A stretch of DNA of 64,000 nt from Sphaerodactylus townsendi (lineage: Eukaryota), in contig NC_059425.1 in NCBI RefSeq assembly GCF_021028975.2, positions 24,304,001-24,368,000 of the forward strand, read 5' to 3'. The position numbers were made by a program, and so were the translations under genes. This document shows, piece by piece, positions 39,501 to 51,750 of the stretch. Positions within the stretch are counted from its first letter, which is position 1; each line of letters begins with the position of its first letter. The notes under the pieces were generated by a model that was not told where the DNA came from, ran no database searches, and was given only the letters and a program-made list of their open reading frames with translations.

Positions 39501-40886
39501 GCCACTGAAGTGTTTTGTCTGTGGATAGAGCTTTAAGGAAAAATCAGATTTCCTGATGTGGGTGCTAACAGGATCCCTATTTTTATTACAGCAAGAGATG
39601 AGCAGTGGACAGAGAGCGATGAGCTATTGCCAGAGACAGTGAAGAATGGAGATTTGAAAGGAAACTTTAGTAATCAAAGCAAACTGGAAAAACAGGCAGG
39701 AAGTCCCATGGCTGAGAAGAGGGATGAATCCATTCCCAGCCAAGGATGGGATTGCCATGAAGAAATCCACACAGTAGAGGAAAGATATAAGTGCTTGGAG
39801 TGTAGAATGACCTTCTCAGATCACAGCCAGTATGAAATCCATTTGCAAATACACAGTGGAAAGAAGACCCATCAATGTTTGGAGTGTGGCATGACTTTCC
39901 TTTGCAGAGCAAAGTTCCTGAGGCATCAAAGAACACATCAAGAAGAGAAACCTTATAATTCCTCAGACTGGGGGAAGAGCTTTTCACAGAAATCAGATTT
40001 TTTTCAACACCAAAAGACTCATTCAGGAAAGAAGGCATTAATCTGCTTAGAGAGGAAAGTTACCTTTTCTGGTAGAAGAAAGGGTAATGTACTTATTCAA
40101 AAACACAGTATAATGAGAGCACAAAAATGCTTTCAGTGCGGAAAGTTCTTCAGCTACAGATCAAAGCTCCTTGTGCACCAAAGAACCCACACAGGAGAGA
40201 AACCTTTTGAATGCCCAGAGTGTCGGAAAAGATTCAGTCAGAGAAGCACTCTTCAACGGCATCAAAGAACTCACACAAATGAGAGACCTTTTGAATGCCC
40301 AGAGTGTGGAAAGAGATTCAACTACAATAGCAGTCTTCATCAGCATCAGAGAACTCACACAAAAGAGAGACCTTTTGAATGCGCACAGTGTGGAAAGGGA
40401 TTCAATCGGAGTAGCACTCTTCAGCAGCATCAGAGAACTCACACAAATGAGAGACCTTTTGAATGCTCAGAGTGTGGAAAGAGATTTAATGACAATAGCA
40501 GTCTTCAAAGGCATCAAAGAATTCACACAAAAGAGAGACCTTTTGAATGCCCAGAGTGTGGAAAGAGATTCAGTCAGAGTAGCAGTCTTAAACAGCATCA
40601 GAGAACTCACACAAAAGAGAGACCTTTTGAATGCGCACAGTGTGGAAAGGGATTCAATCGGAGTAGCACTCTTCAACAGCATCAGAGAACTCACACAAAT
40701 GAAAGACCTTTTGAATGCCCAGAGTGTGGAAAGAGATTCAACTACAATAGCGGTCTTCAACAGCATCAGAGAACTCACACAAAAGAGAGACATTTTGAAT
40801 GCCCAGAGTGTGGAAAGAGATTCAGTCAGAGCAGCATTCTTCAACAGCATAAAACAACTCACACAAAGGAGAGACCTTTTGAATGA
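36590..40886 (+). CDS. SCAN-KRAB-C2H2 zinc finger protein, about 814 aa; exons 36590-37012, 37196-37310, 37748-37818, 38031-38157, 38974-39387, 39592-40886
   Basis: SCAN ([53 protein letters not shown]), KRAB-A ([34 protein letters not shown]), 12 intact C2H2 fingers plus degenerate ones; all junctions are GT-AG and phase-compatible. Confidence 0.9.
38515..38730 (+). mobile_element. Diverged tRNA-derived SINE
   Basis: agctgggtgatcttgggcc...cccacctacctcag...ggtataaaaatcttctctt. Confidence 0.6.
40190..40886 (+). repeat. 84-bp tandem zinc-finger repeat array (about 8 units)
   Basis: Near-identical gagagaccttttgaatgc...cagagtgtggaaagagattc...catcagagaactcacac units. Confidence 0.9.
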
Positions 40887-42619
40887 TCTGAGTGTGAAAA
40901 GAAAACCAGAGTGGTGTTCTTCAACAACATCAAAGAGCACAGGGGAGGACCCTTATATATGCTTGGAATGTGGAAAGAGATTCAATCAGAGGGGTGCTGT
41001 TCAACAGCATTGAAAGATCCACACAGGGGAGAAACTTTTTGAGTGCTCAGAATATGGAAAGAGATTTAGTCAGTCTCACAATCTGGTCCAACACAGGCAA
41101 ACCTTTTCAAGTGCTCGGTATAAGACCCTTGTCTCCTCCTCAGCTGAGACACCTCAGTTTGATCCCCCATCTTTTCGTCGTTGTTTTTTTAAGAGTACCC
41201 CATATAAATCCTGAAGTAGAATGGGCATATCTTTGGGACAGGTTTGAGAGAGCCCATCTGCCTGCCATGGGCAGAGAACATTCCATCACAGAAGCAGGAG
41301 GTCACCAGGGTTTTTATATACCTCTCTCTCAGTTCCGTGGCCTGGGAACAGCAATATATCTTCTTCAATAGTATTTCATCAAACCAAAACAAGATCATGT
41401 CCAGTTAATGGGCAATCATTTCTGAGCCATCAAAGCAGCCTTCACATCTGAGCAACTCAGACACATCCAATCAATTCAGGCACACTGGGTGCTGTGAAAA
41501 TCTCCCCACATGGGAATGTCAGGGGTCACGTTCAACTCTTTCCACTGAATTTTGAGGGCAGTTACTTCAGATTGTTCAGTCAAATTCAACTTTGATTTTT
41601 TTGAACCAATCATGATCTTAGGAAAGACTGGTCCCATGTCAAACAATGGGATTATCCTCATAAAAGGGGAAACCCAGGTATGTGAAAAGGGTTTTCCAGC
41701 CCCCCCCCCCCCTTATTACCTGGATACCCCTGCAACTACTTTGGTGGAAAAAACTCCTTCCAAGCTATCTGTCTCTCTCCCTGGTTGGACTTCTGCTCCA
41801 TGTTCTGTCAGCAATACTCAGCTTCTCACTCACCTAGGAACAACTAATATTGTACTCTCTCTTTATCCTTGCTTCCCCCGCCCCCTTCTTAGTTTTTGCA
41901 TGTGCACTGGATAGGACTTAGGGAATTAGCTCTCAGGTACTTAATGTAGATTCTCTACTATTTTATTTCTATTCTCCTTTGTATCCAATAAAATTAAAAG
42001 TATTATTTCACCTTTTTTGTAATTTTATTTTTGGATAGCCCTACTGAGATCTACTCTTAGAAGAACTGATGTTTGAAATGTGGATTTTGATTAAAGTCAT
42101 CCTCATATTTTTAAGACCTCAAGTTTGTTAAATACATATAGTAGAGAATATATCAAAATTTCCATTTTCCTGTATTTGATAATACACAGTGAAATTGAAC
42201 CTGGATAACTTCAACCCCCCCCCCCCCTTAAAAAAGTCTCTAATCTGCTATTCATGATAGCCATCCCTCTGCAAGCATGAAACTTTCTGCTTGAGAACTT
42301 GGTTACTCTTGTGCTGTAACTGGTGCAAGTACAGGGTTTTCTGGAGTGGGAAGTTCGCCAGACTGGTTGGCCTGCTATAATGATGCTATTTCTTAGGTAG
42401 TGAGTTGTGATATTGAGTTTTTTTGTAGAGCTAGTGTTAGGAGTGGATCGTATTAGGCTTAGTCTAGGATTTGTTTTTGTTTTTTAGGTTAGTTATTGGG
42501 CTAGGTTTGCGACACTAGCACTGCTGTACTTGGTTTAGGGTTAGTCTGGGCCTTTATATATATTTTCGTAGTTTGAGGTGTAAAAGGGAGGAGTCGCCAT
42601 CTCTTGTTATTTTTATTGC

Positions 42620-42900
42620 TGACTAGTGATGCCATGATTACTGTTGTTTATTCATGTTCCTTGTTATTGGATGTGATTATTGGTGTTATTGATGCTTAAT
42701 TCTGTGCACATTTATAACGTTATGATTATTGATGTTATTTATATTGCCTATTTGTGATGTTATAATTACTGTTTTATCTAAGCTATTATTGTGATGTTAT
42801 GATTTCTGATGTTTATCTATGCTGTTATTGTGATGTTTACTGTTATTATGGTGATAGTATTGTTGATGTTTTGTTGTTTATGATTGTTGTTGTTTGCCGT
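42620..42900. repeat. Low-complexity TTA/GTT-rich tract
   Basis: Degenerate tgatgtt/tattg units. Confidence 0.65.
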
Positions 42901-43050
42901 CCTGAACCCTATGGGGGAGGGCTGGGTATAAATCAAAATGAATGAATGAATAAATAAATAAATATGCTACTTCGTGTTTGATTTAGGTCTGATGCTACAA
43001 AAATGACATATTAAAGGTGAGGAGAGCTGTGGCTGTGAGCTAGAGCACTT

Positions 43051-45008
43051 AAGAACATAAGAACAAGCCAGCTGGATCAGACCAAAGTCCATCTAGTCTA
43101 GCTCTCTGCTACTCGCAGTGGCCCACCAGGTGCCTTTGGGAGCTCACATGTAGGATGTGAACGCAATGGCCTTCTGCGGCTGTTGCTCCCGATCACCTGG
43201 TCTGTTAAGGCATTTGCAATCTCAGATCAAAGAGGATCAAGATTGGTAGCCAGAGATCGACTTCTCCTCCATAAATCTGTCCAAGCCCCTTTTAAAGCTA
43301 TCCAGGTTAGTGGCCATCACCACCTCCTGTGGCAGCATATTCCAAACACCAATCACACGTTGCGTGAAGTGGTGTTTCCTTTTATTAGTCCTAATTCTTC
43401 CCCCCAGCATTTTCAATGAATGCCCCCTGGTTCTAGTATTGTGAGAAAGAGAGAAAAATTTCTCTCTGTCAACATTTTCTACCCCATGCATAATTTTGTA
43501 GACTTCAATCATATCCCCCCTCAGCCGCCTCCTCTCCAAACTAAAGAGTCCCAAACGCTGCAGCCTCTCCTCATAGGGAGGGTGCTCCAGTCCCTCAATC
43601 ATCCTTGTTGCCCTTCTCTGCACTTTTTCTATCTCCTCAATATCCTTTTTGAGATGCGGCGACCAGAACTGGACACAGTACTCCAAGTGCGGTCGCACCA
43701 CTGCTTTATATAAGGGCATGACAATCTTTGCAGTTTTATTATCAATTCCTTTTCTAATGATCCCCAGCATAGAGTTTGCCTTTTTCATAGCTGCCATGCA
43801 TTGAGTTGACATTCCCATGGAACTATCAACTAAGACGCCTAAATCCCTTTCCTGGTCTGTGACTGATAGCACTGACCCCTGTAGCGTGTATGTGAAGTTT
43901 GGATTTTTGCCCCTATGTGCATCACTTTACATTTTGCTACATTGAACTGCATTTGCCATTTCTGAGCCCACTCACCTAATTTATCAAGGTCCGCTTAGAG
44001 CTCTTCGCAATCCTTTGTGGTTCTCACCACCCTACATAATTTGGTATCATCTGCAAACTTGGCCACCAGCTACCCACCCTACTTCCAGGTCATTTATGTA
44101 TAGGTTAAAGAGCACTGGTCCCAAAACGGATCCTTGGGGGACACCACTCCCGACATCTCTCCATTGTGAGAACTTCCCATTTACACCCACTCTTTGTTTT
44201 CTTGTTTCTCAACCAGTTTTTTAATCCATAGGAGGACTTCCCCTCTTATTCCTTCATTGCTGAGTTTTCTCAACAGTCTCTGGTGAGGAACTTTGTCAAA
44301 AGCCTTTTGGAAATCCAAGTAGACAATGTCCACCGGTTCACCCTGTCCACATGCCTGTTTACACCCTCAAAGAACTCTAGTAAGTTTGTAAGACAGGATT
44401 TGCCTCTGCAAAAGCCATGCTGACTCTTTCTCAGCAGGTCTTGCTTTTCTACATGTTTTATAATTTTATCTTTAATGATAGATTCTACTAATTTACCAGG
44501 AACAGATGTCAAACTGACTGGCCTGTAATTTCCCGGGTCCCCCCTAGATCCTTTCTTAAAGATTGGTGTGACATTGGCCATCTTCCAGTCTTCAGGGATG
44601 GAGCCTGATTTCAGGGATAAGTTGCATATTAAAGTGAGAAGATCAGCAATTTCATGCTTGAGCTCTTTAAGAACTCTTGGGTGAATGCAATCTGGGCCAG
44701 GGGATTTGGTAACATTTAGTTTATCAATGGCTGCCAGAACTTCTTCCTTGTCTACCACTATCTTCGCTAGTTCCTCGGATTCGCCTCCTAAGAAGCTTGG
44801 TTCAGGTGCAGGAATGTTCCTCACCTCCTCTTGGGTGAAGACAGATGCAAAGAATTCATTCAGCTTCTCTGCAATCTCCCTGCCATCTTTTAGCACACCC
44901 TTTGTTCCTTTGTCATCTAACGGGCCTACCGCTTCCCTTGCTGGCTTCCTGCTTTTGATGTACTTGAAGAACTGTTTGTTGCTGGTCTTGATGTTCGCAG
45001 CCATGCGT
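43051..45008 (-). mobile_element. 5'-truncated, relatively young CR1 LINE (about 2 kb of ORF2 RT)
   Basis: ORFs 44270-45004 (KSPGPDCIHPRVLKEL, PGNYRPVSLTSV, SQHGFCRGKSCLTNLLEFF) and 43237-43872 (RPHLEYCVQFWSP, FSLERRRLRGDMIEVYK); 3' tail ttatgttctt; only a few frameshifts. Confidence 0.95.
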
Positions 45009-45414
45009 TCCTCATTGTATGCATGCAGAATGTTCCATGTTCATTCTTTGGGATCTCCAATGAAGACTGACCTCAAACTGAAACCCTGGAGAGTCACTGT
45101 AAATCAGAAGATACTGGCCTTGGTAGACAAATGGGAGACAGTTTGTGGGAGCAAAACCGAGGCAGTAAAGACACAGTAAAAACCAGAAGAGCAAGACAGA
45201 AAAACTCCAACCCACCCACCTACCCGCCTATCTTACCTTTGGGAGATCAGGGAGATTTTTTCACATTTCTAATTTTGCTCCATCCCATTAAAATAGTCCC
45301 AATATTGCCTGCCCCCCACCCCCGGCTGCGGGAAACTGTCATCAATTTCATGTCGCGTCACTTTTGTCTGTCCTTTTGCAAGACACCTTTTCACTCTTGG
45401 GTTCCTTGGAGTGG

Positions 45415-46222
45415 GGGGATGCGCTCTAAGCAAGGAGTAGGTAAGGGGGGGTTCTCGGGTTCAACCCCCCATTACATGTCTGAAGAGCCGCCCCCCCATT
45501 TGTGGGGTTTTTTTTTGTATTTTTAGTGTTTTGTTTTTGGCCTGCCGGGGGCACAGTTTTTAGACTAGCAGCACCAACATTTCAGGGATTTGTTGGGAGA
45601 CTCTCCTGATGATTTACCCAGGTTTGGTGAGCTTGGTTCAGGGGGTCCAAAATTATGGACTTCCAAAAACATTGCCCCCATCCCCCATTGTTTCCAATGG
45701 GAACTAATAGAAGATGGCAGCTACACCTTTGAGGGTCCATAACTTTGGACCCCCTGAACCAAACCTCACCAAACCTGGGAGGTATAATCAGGAGAGTCTC
45801 TTACTGATAATCCACCCAAAAACAGCATCACTTTCAATGTTGTTTTAACTAGGGACCCCAGATTCTCCCTTTAAGGTGGATTTAAAAGGAGAATCTGGGC
45901 TCTCTAGTTCAAACACCATTGAAAGTGATGCTGTTTGGGGGTGGATCCCAGCATCACAGTGGTTGCCCATGGGGGGAACTCAGATTTTGCACCAGGCTCC
46001 AGTTTCCCTAGCTACGCCTCTGCCCAGAGGGGAGGGCAGAAGGGGCTGCCAGCTTCTGGCTGGGAGCCCAGTTGGTGGGAGGGGGCGGGGCAGGTGAGTC
46101 TGCTGTCCCCGGCCTCGGAGAGCTGCTTTTATAAGCACTGAGGCTGGGGGTGGGGCTTGGGGAGGCGTGGCCATACACCCTGAACCCCCTTCTCCATAAA
46201 AAATCTATACCTACATCCCTAG
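45415..46222. mobile_element. Composite or nested non-autonomous DNA transposon remnants
   Basis: Internal inverted repeats (ccaggtttggtgag.ttggttcagggggtccaaa / tttggaccccctgaaccaaacctcaccaaacctgg); terminus ctagctacgcctctg at 46022 matches 32180 in inverse. Confidence 0.55.
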
Positions 46223-47494
46223 CTCTAAGGGTTAAAAAAAGTTACAGAGAGAGGGAGGCACATTCCAAACTCCCGCCCCGGAGAACTTAAGGTTCCTTGA
46301 GATGGCCCTGGCCCCAAATATAGCTGGGGGGAAGGGGTGCTGCAATGCCAAGGAGAAAGGAGAAGGGCATGCTTCTGAAAAATGGTTTTTTTCTTAGCCC
46401 CCCCCTCCCCCCCCGCTCTTGCTCCAGCATTTGTGGGGCATTCCAGCACCTCCCATGGTTTCCCTGGCTTTTCAGCCACCTTTTCCAAATCTTTGAAGTT
46501 GATGTTCCCAAACATACAAGCCTCCACCTTAGATCAGGGGTGTTCAACTCATTTGTTACGAGGGTTGCAGATGACATAAATGTGACTTGATCGGGCCTTG
46601 GCTGGACATGGTTGGCCCTGCTGGAAGGGCTGTCTGAGCTGGTGAGTCCAGAATAGCAAAGGGGGAGAGGGTTGGCATCAGTAGGGGGGCGTGGCTCCTC
46701 AGCTGACGACCCTGCAAGTGGGCTCCCCAAGCCAGATTGGTACAGGAAGGCAGTCGCTTGCTGAGAGAAATCCAGAGCGGGGTCAAGTAGATGCCTGGTC
46801 TGGGGAGCTCACAGTGGGCCTCCGGGCACGATTGACACCCCTGCCTTTGCTTGTCTCCCCTCCCCAGTTCTTCCTCTTTCTGTTTGCAGTCCTTCTGTAA
46901 ATCGTAGTGTGTTTTTCTGCTCAACTGGGAATGCAGAAGCTCTTTTCGTTCCAAGCCCCTACAGATCATTAACCACAGTTCCTGGTGTAGAGAATGCAGG
47001 GAAGAGACTTGATCCTTCTCTGGCACATGTCTTAATTGGAGCCCCAGGCTCACTATCCAGGAGGAAGAGATGGCAGAGGGCTGAGGTGGTGGAGAAGATA
47101 GCATGAAATTTGGCATAGCTTAATGTGTAGATTCAAAGTAGCTTCTCTTTAGATTTCCTTCCATTTTTGAATTAATTATATTGTCATTAAAACTCAAAAC
47201 AACATACGTACAGAAAAAACAGACAGAACGTTAGATTCTACTCCAGTAACACCTCAGAGTCTAACAAGATTTTCAGGGTATAAACTTTTGAGAATCAAAG
47301 CTCTCTTCGTCAGACCCGTCTAAACACGTGTTGGTTTCTAAGGTGCTATCGGACTCGAATCTAACTGTTCTGCTGCAGACTAACAGGGCTACCAGCTGAA
47401 ACATAATGGATGAAAAGAGTGTCTTCGCAGCTTTTCACCATGGACATGTTAATGCCCAGAGCGGCCAATTCTACTTTTATTGCACCCTGCTTCC

Positions 47495-47635
47495 GATTTT
47501 AACCGGAAGTTCACCCAATATATTACCCTGGTATTTTTTTCTATCTCTATGGTGCATTTTCCTTCTCTCTCCCCGCCTTCCCTCCCCGCCTTTATTCCCG
47601 TCGGCCACCGCGTGAAGGGGAAAGATGGCGGCCCT
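47495..47635 (+). promoter_or_regulatory. MRPL49: MRPL49 promoter
   Basis: ETS/GABP-like CCGGAAGT (~47503-47510), GC boxes ccccgcc, and YY1-like AAGATGGCGGCC overlapping the ATG. Confidence 0.7.
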
Positions 47636-50600
47636 CGCGCTTGCGAGAGTTGGGTTGAGGCAGGCTCACTTGCTGGGAGGACGAAGGAGACGGTTCCTGT
47701 CCCTGGGAGTGACCCACCTGGTAGGGCTCGCAGGGGCATTCATGGGGCCGGAGCCTGGCAATAGGTAGATATAGCGTGGCTGTTGCGACAGGTGACAGGA
47801 AAGCTTGGAGGATGCCGCAAGGGAAGCTCAGAAAGGAAGGGGGGAAACGCTGGCTTTTTTTAATGTCCGGAAATTTCTTTGCCTGGTTTCTGTAGGTTTT
47901 GGCGTCTTTCCCCTTTCCTTTCCATCTTGCCTCTTAGAATCATAGAGTTGGGAGAGGCCCCCAAGGGCCATCAAGTCCAACCCCCTTCAATGCAGGAATA
48001 CACAATCAAAAAGTCTTAACTTTTAACGCACTCTTAAAGTTGTTCCGCCAGCAAAAGGACAAGAATGGAGAGGGTGATGTTGGGGACTGCATGATGTCTG
48101 TTTGTGGCAGGCAGGCATATACATGTTTTAAATGAATTATTTAAGACTTGTTGGTATATTGTACAGTTTCCCCCCCCCCCTTCCTCCGATAAATACAAGG
48201 TGGATTAGGTTTGTGTCCACCCACCCCTTAGTTTTATCCTTACAGCTGGCCCACCAGTCACCCAGTACGTTTCCTGGCCCAGCAGAGATCTGAACCTGGT
48301 TTAGTGCCTTTTGAAAGGAAGATTTAAGTGTTTGTGAGAACCTGCTTGTTTGTGAATGTACATAGTGAGTGAGCAGTGGCCCTCTGGGAAGTCCCAGTTG
48401 CAAACCCAGAGGTGAGCACAACAGTTACTCACTGCAGAAGATGGTGGCCACAGAGATTGAATGCTTGTGCTTTGCTCCACTCTTAATCAGATAAGAACCT
48501 CCCAATATCTTTCTTTTAGCCTCTCTCTTAGTTTTAACTGTTGTGCATTGTTAGTAAAGGTGATGTACAGTTTCTACTAAAGGATTGAAGTTAAATTTCA
48601 TTGAGTTGAAAGCGGCCTTTGACTCAGTGCCCAGGAAGAGATTATGGGCGAAACGACATAATTCCTCTATTGATAGGAGACTTTTAGCTCTTATCAAATC
48701 CTTCACTCCGACATCACTATAAGAGTTAGATACCATCAAAATGGTTTGCTCTCTGATACAATAAAAACCTATGGGGAAGTAAGACAAGACAGTCTACTAG
48801 CCATTTTCTATTTGAATAATCTGGTAGAAAATAATCTGGTAGAAAATCTGGTAGTAAAACTTTTCTCTGTGATACACCTCTGAGGATGCCAGCCACAGAT
48901 GCAGGCGAAACGTTAGGAACAAAATCCACCAGACCACGGCCACACAGCCCGAAAAACCCACCACAACCAGTTGAATCCGGCCGTGAAAGCCTTCGACAAT
49001 ACATACCCCCCAAAACAGTTTGTATTGTTTCCTTCATATGCTATATTTGGCCTGAGCAGAATCCCCCATTGTGTGTTGACTGCAGTTTCTTTGTGTTTCA
49101 GAGCCAGGAGTCAGTTGAACCCAACCCTGCAGATCTAAAATATCCAGGAATTGTTGAATCTACCGAGGAATACAAATTTGTGGAGAGGCTTATACCTGCC
49201 AGCAGAGTACCTGAACCCCCCAAACATGACACATACCCCACCCCATGTGGGTGGAGGCCTCCACAAGGTAAATATGGTGGGAAATGGGTGGGAAACCTTG
49301 AGAATCTGAGCATGACATGGACTTGTATCGATTGCATCTAGTAGGGTCTTGGACTAATGGCCACATTGTGCAGGTGGAGGATCACCATACTTTCACTTAC
49401 ATCAGAGATCTAATTGAGCGTGTTTGCACCTTGCCGTTTCTTTATGGAACTGGAGTATGTGGAGCCTGCCAGTATTGTGTGTAGGCACTGATGAGATCCA
49501 GAGCAGCTTAGTTTTATCAAGTCTGTTGCTTTCAGTGCACATTTCATTACTACCGTAGTAAGATCTGAATAAACCCATAGAGGCAGAAATGCTGGGTCAT
49601 GTTTCAGTTTCCTTTGCTTTCTTGTTAGATCCCCCTCCAGCCCTGCCTTATTTTGTACGGCGGTCTCGCATGCACAACGTTCCTGTCTACAAAGAAACTA
49701 CCCACGGCTGCAGAAAGATGACTCTTATCAGGAGGATTGAAGGTGATATTTGGGTAGGTGCTTGTCATGCTGTTGGTGTTGTGATGGCAGAGGATGGTGA
49801 GCATACAGTCCCCTAGCCCAGCTTTTCAACTACCAGGCAGTGGATTCTCTCATCAAGAGACTCACCCAGTTTTTGCAATAGAATATTAGCTCTCAGGTGA
49901 GGAACATGTTAAAAAAAAAACCAAACTGAAATCTGGCAAGTGCACTCAGGTTTCTGACAAACCTAACTGGGTGGGATTTCTCTTTTAACCGTTGTCTCTG
50001 GCACAGACTGTCCGATATCTGTGCACTGTATAGTTTCTGCTCCAGTTTGTTCCTTGCTTCGTCACTTCTATCTGCACAGCATTCTCTTTTCCATCTGAGG
50101 CCCCTTCCGCACATGCAGAATAATGCACTTTCAATTCACTTCCACAATAGTTTGCAAGTGGATGTTGCTGTTCCATATAGTAAAATCCAGCTGCAAAGTG
50201 GATTTAAAGTGCCTTATCCTGCATGTGCGGAAGGGGCCTGAGTGATGACACCCATGCCTCGTAACCCTTTTTCCACAAAATCCACTTCCACATTCCACTT
50301 TTGAAAGCTTCTTTGCTAAAGGAAGTATACCCTCTACAGCAGGGGTAGGGAACCTGTGGCTCTCCAGATGTTCAGGAACTACAATTCCCATCAGCCTCTG
50401 TCAGCATGGCCAATTGGCCATGCTGGTAGGGGCTGATGGGAATTGGAGTTCCTGAACATCTGGAGAGCCGCAGGTTCCCTACCCCTGCTCTACAGGGTCC
50501 ACTTGTTTTGTAACTTCCAAGAGCCTGTATAAGAAGTTGCCCCTTTAATAAGATGCAAAGTGCTTTTGTGTAGGCATTTGCCACCATCTGAAAGATGTTG

Positions 50601-51750
50601 CTTTGGCAGTAGCTGAGTGAGGGCTACTCTAGAACAACTCCAAGGGAGACTGAAATATGCTAGGACATGTGACTTGTTGCATAAGGTCATTTGGCCTTCC
50701 CATCATCCCTGTGACAAATTATGCTGGTATATGGGACCCCTCTGCTTGGCTTCTTATTTGTTCGGAATATTTCTGGGCCATCTCTTCAGAGTCCTGCTCA
50801 AGGCAGCTTACAATTAAAAACTTTTATATTAAAGTACTAACGATTGGACATAAGCAACATAAAAACTATCCATAAAACAGAAGCAGATAATTTAAAAAAA
50901 CCCTAATTAAAAGCCTGAGTAAAAAGATGTGTGTTTCAACTTGGTCCCTTAAAAAAGGGTAAAGTAGGGACTAGGCAAGCCTCAAGGGAGAAGTCATTCC
51001 CAAGATGAGGTGCCACTACACAAAATGCCTTCTCTCTAGTCACCACCCACCTCAACTCTGAAGTTGGGAGCACAGAGAGCAGGGTTTGAGAGCTAGCTGG
51101 CGGGCTGGATAGTATGGAAGGAGATAGTCCTTCAGATATGCTGACCCCAAGCCATATAGGGCTTTAAAGGTAATTGTATTGTTGCCAGAAACAGATGGGA
51201 AACCTGGGCAGATGTTTCAGCACTAGGGTGATAAGATCTCTGTAACCTCTCCCTGACAAGAACCTGGCTGTTGCATTTTGGAACAGCTGAAATTTCCAGA
51301 TTGTTTCCTTATCATGCTGCTCTAGCATAACAAAACTGGGTTTTGTATATCAACTGCGGAACAAGGGAATAACTGTGAGTAGGACAGAGCTTGAGGGAAA
51401 TCGAGGTGGAAATCCCAGCAACCCTGAATTGTTGAAAGTCAGCAGGTCCAGGTAAATCATTGGTAGAAAAGGGTAAGATGTGATTGTAAAGGGTTTGAAG
51501 AGGCTGCGTCATTCCTGCTTGGTACTTGCAGCTCGGGAGGGATGGGCATTTTTAAACAGAAAATATGTAAACTGGGTTTCTAACCTCCTCTTTTCTCCCA
51601 CAGGCCCTCGAGAAGGAAGTGAAGGAATTCCTCACAGAGCTCTCTGGAAGGACACCAGCCACCCAAGTCAACGAAGTTGCCTCTTTCATTCTCATCAAAG
51701 GTTATTTTGATGAGGAACTGAAGCAGTGGCTGATGGACAAAGGTTTTTAA
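47625..51750 (+). CDS. MRPL49: Mitochondrial ribosomal protein mL49, 177 aa; exons 47625-47720, 49102-49267, 49629-49753, 51604-51750
   Basis: Arg-rich presequence [13 protein letters not shown]...; [72 protein letters not shown]; exons sum to 534 nt in frame. Confidence 0.96.
48860..49003 (+). mobile_element. Penelope-like terminal repeat in MRPL49 intron 1
   Basis: Ends ccggccgtgaaagccttcgacaataca, the same terminus as the 10835 and 55838 copies; preceded by a short aataatctggtaga tandem. Confidence 0.8.
48877..48917 (+). ncRNA. Minimal hammerhead ribozyme
   Basis: CCT-CTGAGGA-T-GCC[loop]GGC-GAAA-CG-TT-AGG: intact core, ACGU stem III, GUU site. Confidence 0.7.
50099..50238. mobile_element. 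PIF/Harbinger-like palindromic MITE
   Basis: TIRs ggccccttccgcacatgcag / ctgcatgtgcggaaggggcc; 3-bp TGA flanks; related ends at about 2788 and 7473. Confidence 0.75.
50340..50487. mobile_element. hAT-type MITE
   Basis: Near-perfect palindrome with caggggtagggaacctg TIRs; 8-bp TSD ctctacag. Confidence 0.9.

Noticed and set aside
40161-41013. 280-aa alternative-frame ORF and antisense ORFs over the zinc-finger array
   Set aside because: Expected by-product of an 84-bp tandem repeat lacking stops in other frames; no independent evidence
46287-47116. 147-aa and 186-aa minus-strand ORFs
   Set aside because: Lie in repeat-like GC-rich sequence; no domain or splice support
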